Sequence record: SRR20825010_1521
Direction: 5' to 3' (one strand)
Length of the DNA stretch: 51,041 nucleotides
Positions 49,731-51,041 of this stretch are shown here, piece by piece. The translations under genes and the position numbers were made by a program. The notes under the pieces are model-generated. The model saw only the letters and a program-made list of their open reading frames with translations, did not search any database and was not told where the DNA came from. The stretch's first letter is position 1; the number at the start of each line of letters is the position of its first letter.

Positions 49731-51041
49731 ATGTGTGGAATTGTATGTGCCTTTGATGTAAAAGAGAGTACCGAGGTTTTAAGGCCTCAATTGCTGGAAA
49801 TGTCCAAGAAAATTAGACATAGAGGGCCAGATTGGAGTGGGATATTTGCCGATGATAAGGCTATTTTGGCTCATGAACGTTTGGCAATCGTTGATCCGGC
49901 ATCGGGAAAACAACCTTTGTTCAGTCCGGATAAGAAATTGGTTTTGGCCGCTAATGGTGAAATATATAACCATAGGGAATTGCGTAAGCAATTTGCAGGT
50001 ACCTATGATTTTCAGACCGAGTCTGACTGCGAGGTAATTTTGGCCCTATATCAGAAGAAAGGGGTGGACTTCTTGGACGAAATGAACGGTATTTTTGGTT
50101 TTGCCATCTATGACTCTGAAAAGGATGAGTATTTTATAGCAAGGGATCATATGGGGATTATTCCACTATATGTAGGTTGGGATATTAATGGTACTTTTTA
50201 TGTAGCCTCAGAGTTAAAAGCTTTGGAAGGGACCTGTACCAAGATACAGTTGTTTCCTCCAGGTCATTACTTGCATAGCAGCGATGGGGAATTTAAAAGA
50301 TGGTATTCCCGAGATTGGATGGAATACGATGCGGTAAAGGACAATGAGACTAGTATTCAAGCTGTTAAAGAGGCTTTGGAAGCGGCAGTTCATAGACAAT
50401 TAATGTCCGATGTACCCTATGGTGTATTGCTTTCGGGTGGATTGGACTCGTCGGTAACTTCTGCCATAGCAAAAAAATATGCCCAGAAGAGAATTGAGTC
50501 GGATGACACTACGGATGCCTGGTGGCCGCAATTGCATTCATTTTCAGTAGGATTGGAAGGTTCACCGGATTTGGCAGCGGCACAAAAAGTGGCAAAACAT
50601 ATCGGTACCGTGCACCACGAAATAAAATTCACCATTCAAGAAGGTTTGGATGCTATTAAAGATGTAGTATACAACCTGGAAACATATGATATAACTACGA
50701 TAAGGGCTTCTACCCCAATGTATTTAATGGCCAGGGTCATAAAATCTATGGGTATTAAAATGGTTTTGTCGGGCGAAGGAGCGGATGAATTATTTGGGGG
50801 TTATTTATACTTTCATAAGGCGCCAAATGCGAAGGAATTCCATGAGGAAACAGTTCGTAAATTGGATAAGCTTCACATGTACGATTGTCTAAGGGCCAAT
50901 AAATCCTTGGCTGCTTGGGGCATAGAGGGAAGGGTTCCATTTTTGGATAAGGAGTTTATGGACGTAGCCATGAGAATCAACCCTAAGGACAAGATGATCA
51001 ACGGGGAACGCATGGAGAAATGGGTGGTTCGTAAGGCTTTT
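49731..51041 (+). CDS. asnB: Asparagine synthase B, glutamine-hydrolysing (3' truncated by window edge)
   Basis: Manual translation gives MCGIVCAFD...RHRGPDWSG, HERLAIVD, NGEIYNH, LLSGGLDSS and SGEGADE. Absent from the ORF track because it has no stop in the window. Confidence 0.97.
   Translation, partial: MCGIVCAFDVKESTEVLRPQLLEMSKKIRHRGPDWSGIFADDKAILAHERLAIVDPASGKQPLFSPDKKLVLAANGEIYNHRELRKQFAGTYDFQTESDCEVILALYQKKGVDFLDEMNGIFGFAIYDSEKDEYFIARDHMGIIPLYVGWDINGTFYVASELKALEGTCTKIQLFPPGHYLHSSDGEFKRWYSRDWMEYDAVKDNETSIQAVKEALEAAVHRQLMSDVPYGVLLSGGLDSSVTSAIAKKYAQKRIESDDTTDAWWPQLHSFSVGLEGSPDLAAAQKVAKHIGTVHHEIKFTIQEGLDAIKDVVYNLETYDITTIRASTPMYLMARVIKSMGIKMVLSGEGADELFGGYLYFHKAPNAKEFHEETVRKLDKLHMYDCLRANKSLAAWGIEGRVPFLDKEFMDVAMRINPKDKMINGERMEKWVVRKAF

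Noticed and set aside
259-50940. Numerous 60-156 aa ORFs overlapping larger genes (e.g. 259-615, 13370-13768, 33396-33758, 43539-44009)
   Set aside because: Antisense or off-frame shadows of well-supported genes, with no recognisable motifs.

Overview
AT-rich Bacteroidota chromosomal DNA, most likely marine Flavobacteriaceae (inferred from gene content and TAnnTTTG -7 promoter elements). The window runs from the 3' part of typA to the 5' part of asnB. The centre (about 20.7-39.3 kb) is an alginate utilization locus: PL6 lyase, tandem PL7-PL7 lyase, KdgF cupin, two SDRs, SusC/SusD, a FadR/GntR repressor, an ExuT-like MFS transporter, KDPG aldolase and an atypical NRAMP-family transporter. A divergent pair (Tat-exported TIM-barrel isomerase and an RraA-family enzyme) adjoins it. 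Four tandem TGGTWWACCA operator arrays each overlap a -7 promoter element. No kdgK or PL17 gene is present in the window. The most striking non-coding signal is a candidate ~97-nt antisense sRNA inside the long susC leader, with its own -7 element, a hairpin and a plus-strand terminator. It carries an 18-nt segment that recurs (17/18) in the structured gntR-exuT intergenic region. The flanks hold housekeeping and accessory genes: a membrane-domain/degenerate-Nudix fusion, a LytS/LytTR system next to a 36-aa-repeat secreted protein, an FtsE-like/TPR/beta-barrel triad, a REP-like cluster, two BNR sialidase-like proteins and a sulfatase. No rRNA, tRNA, CRISPR array or transposase was seen.
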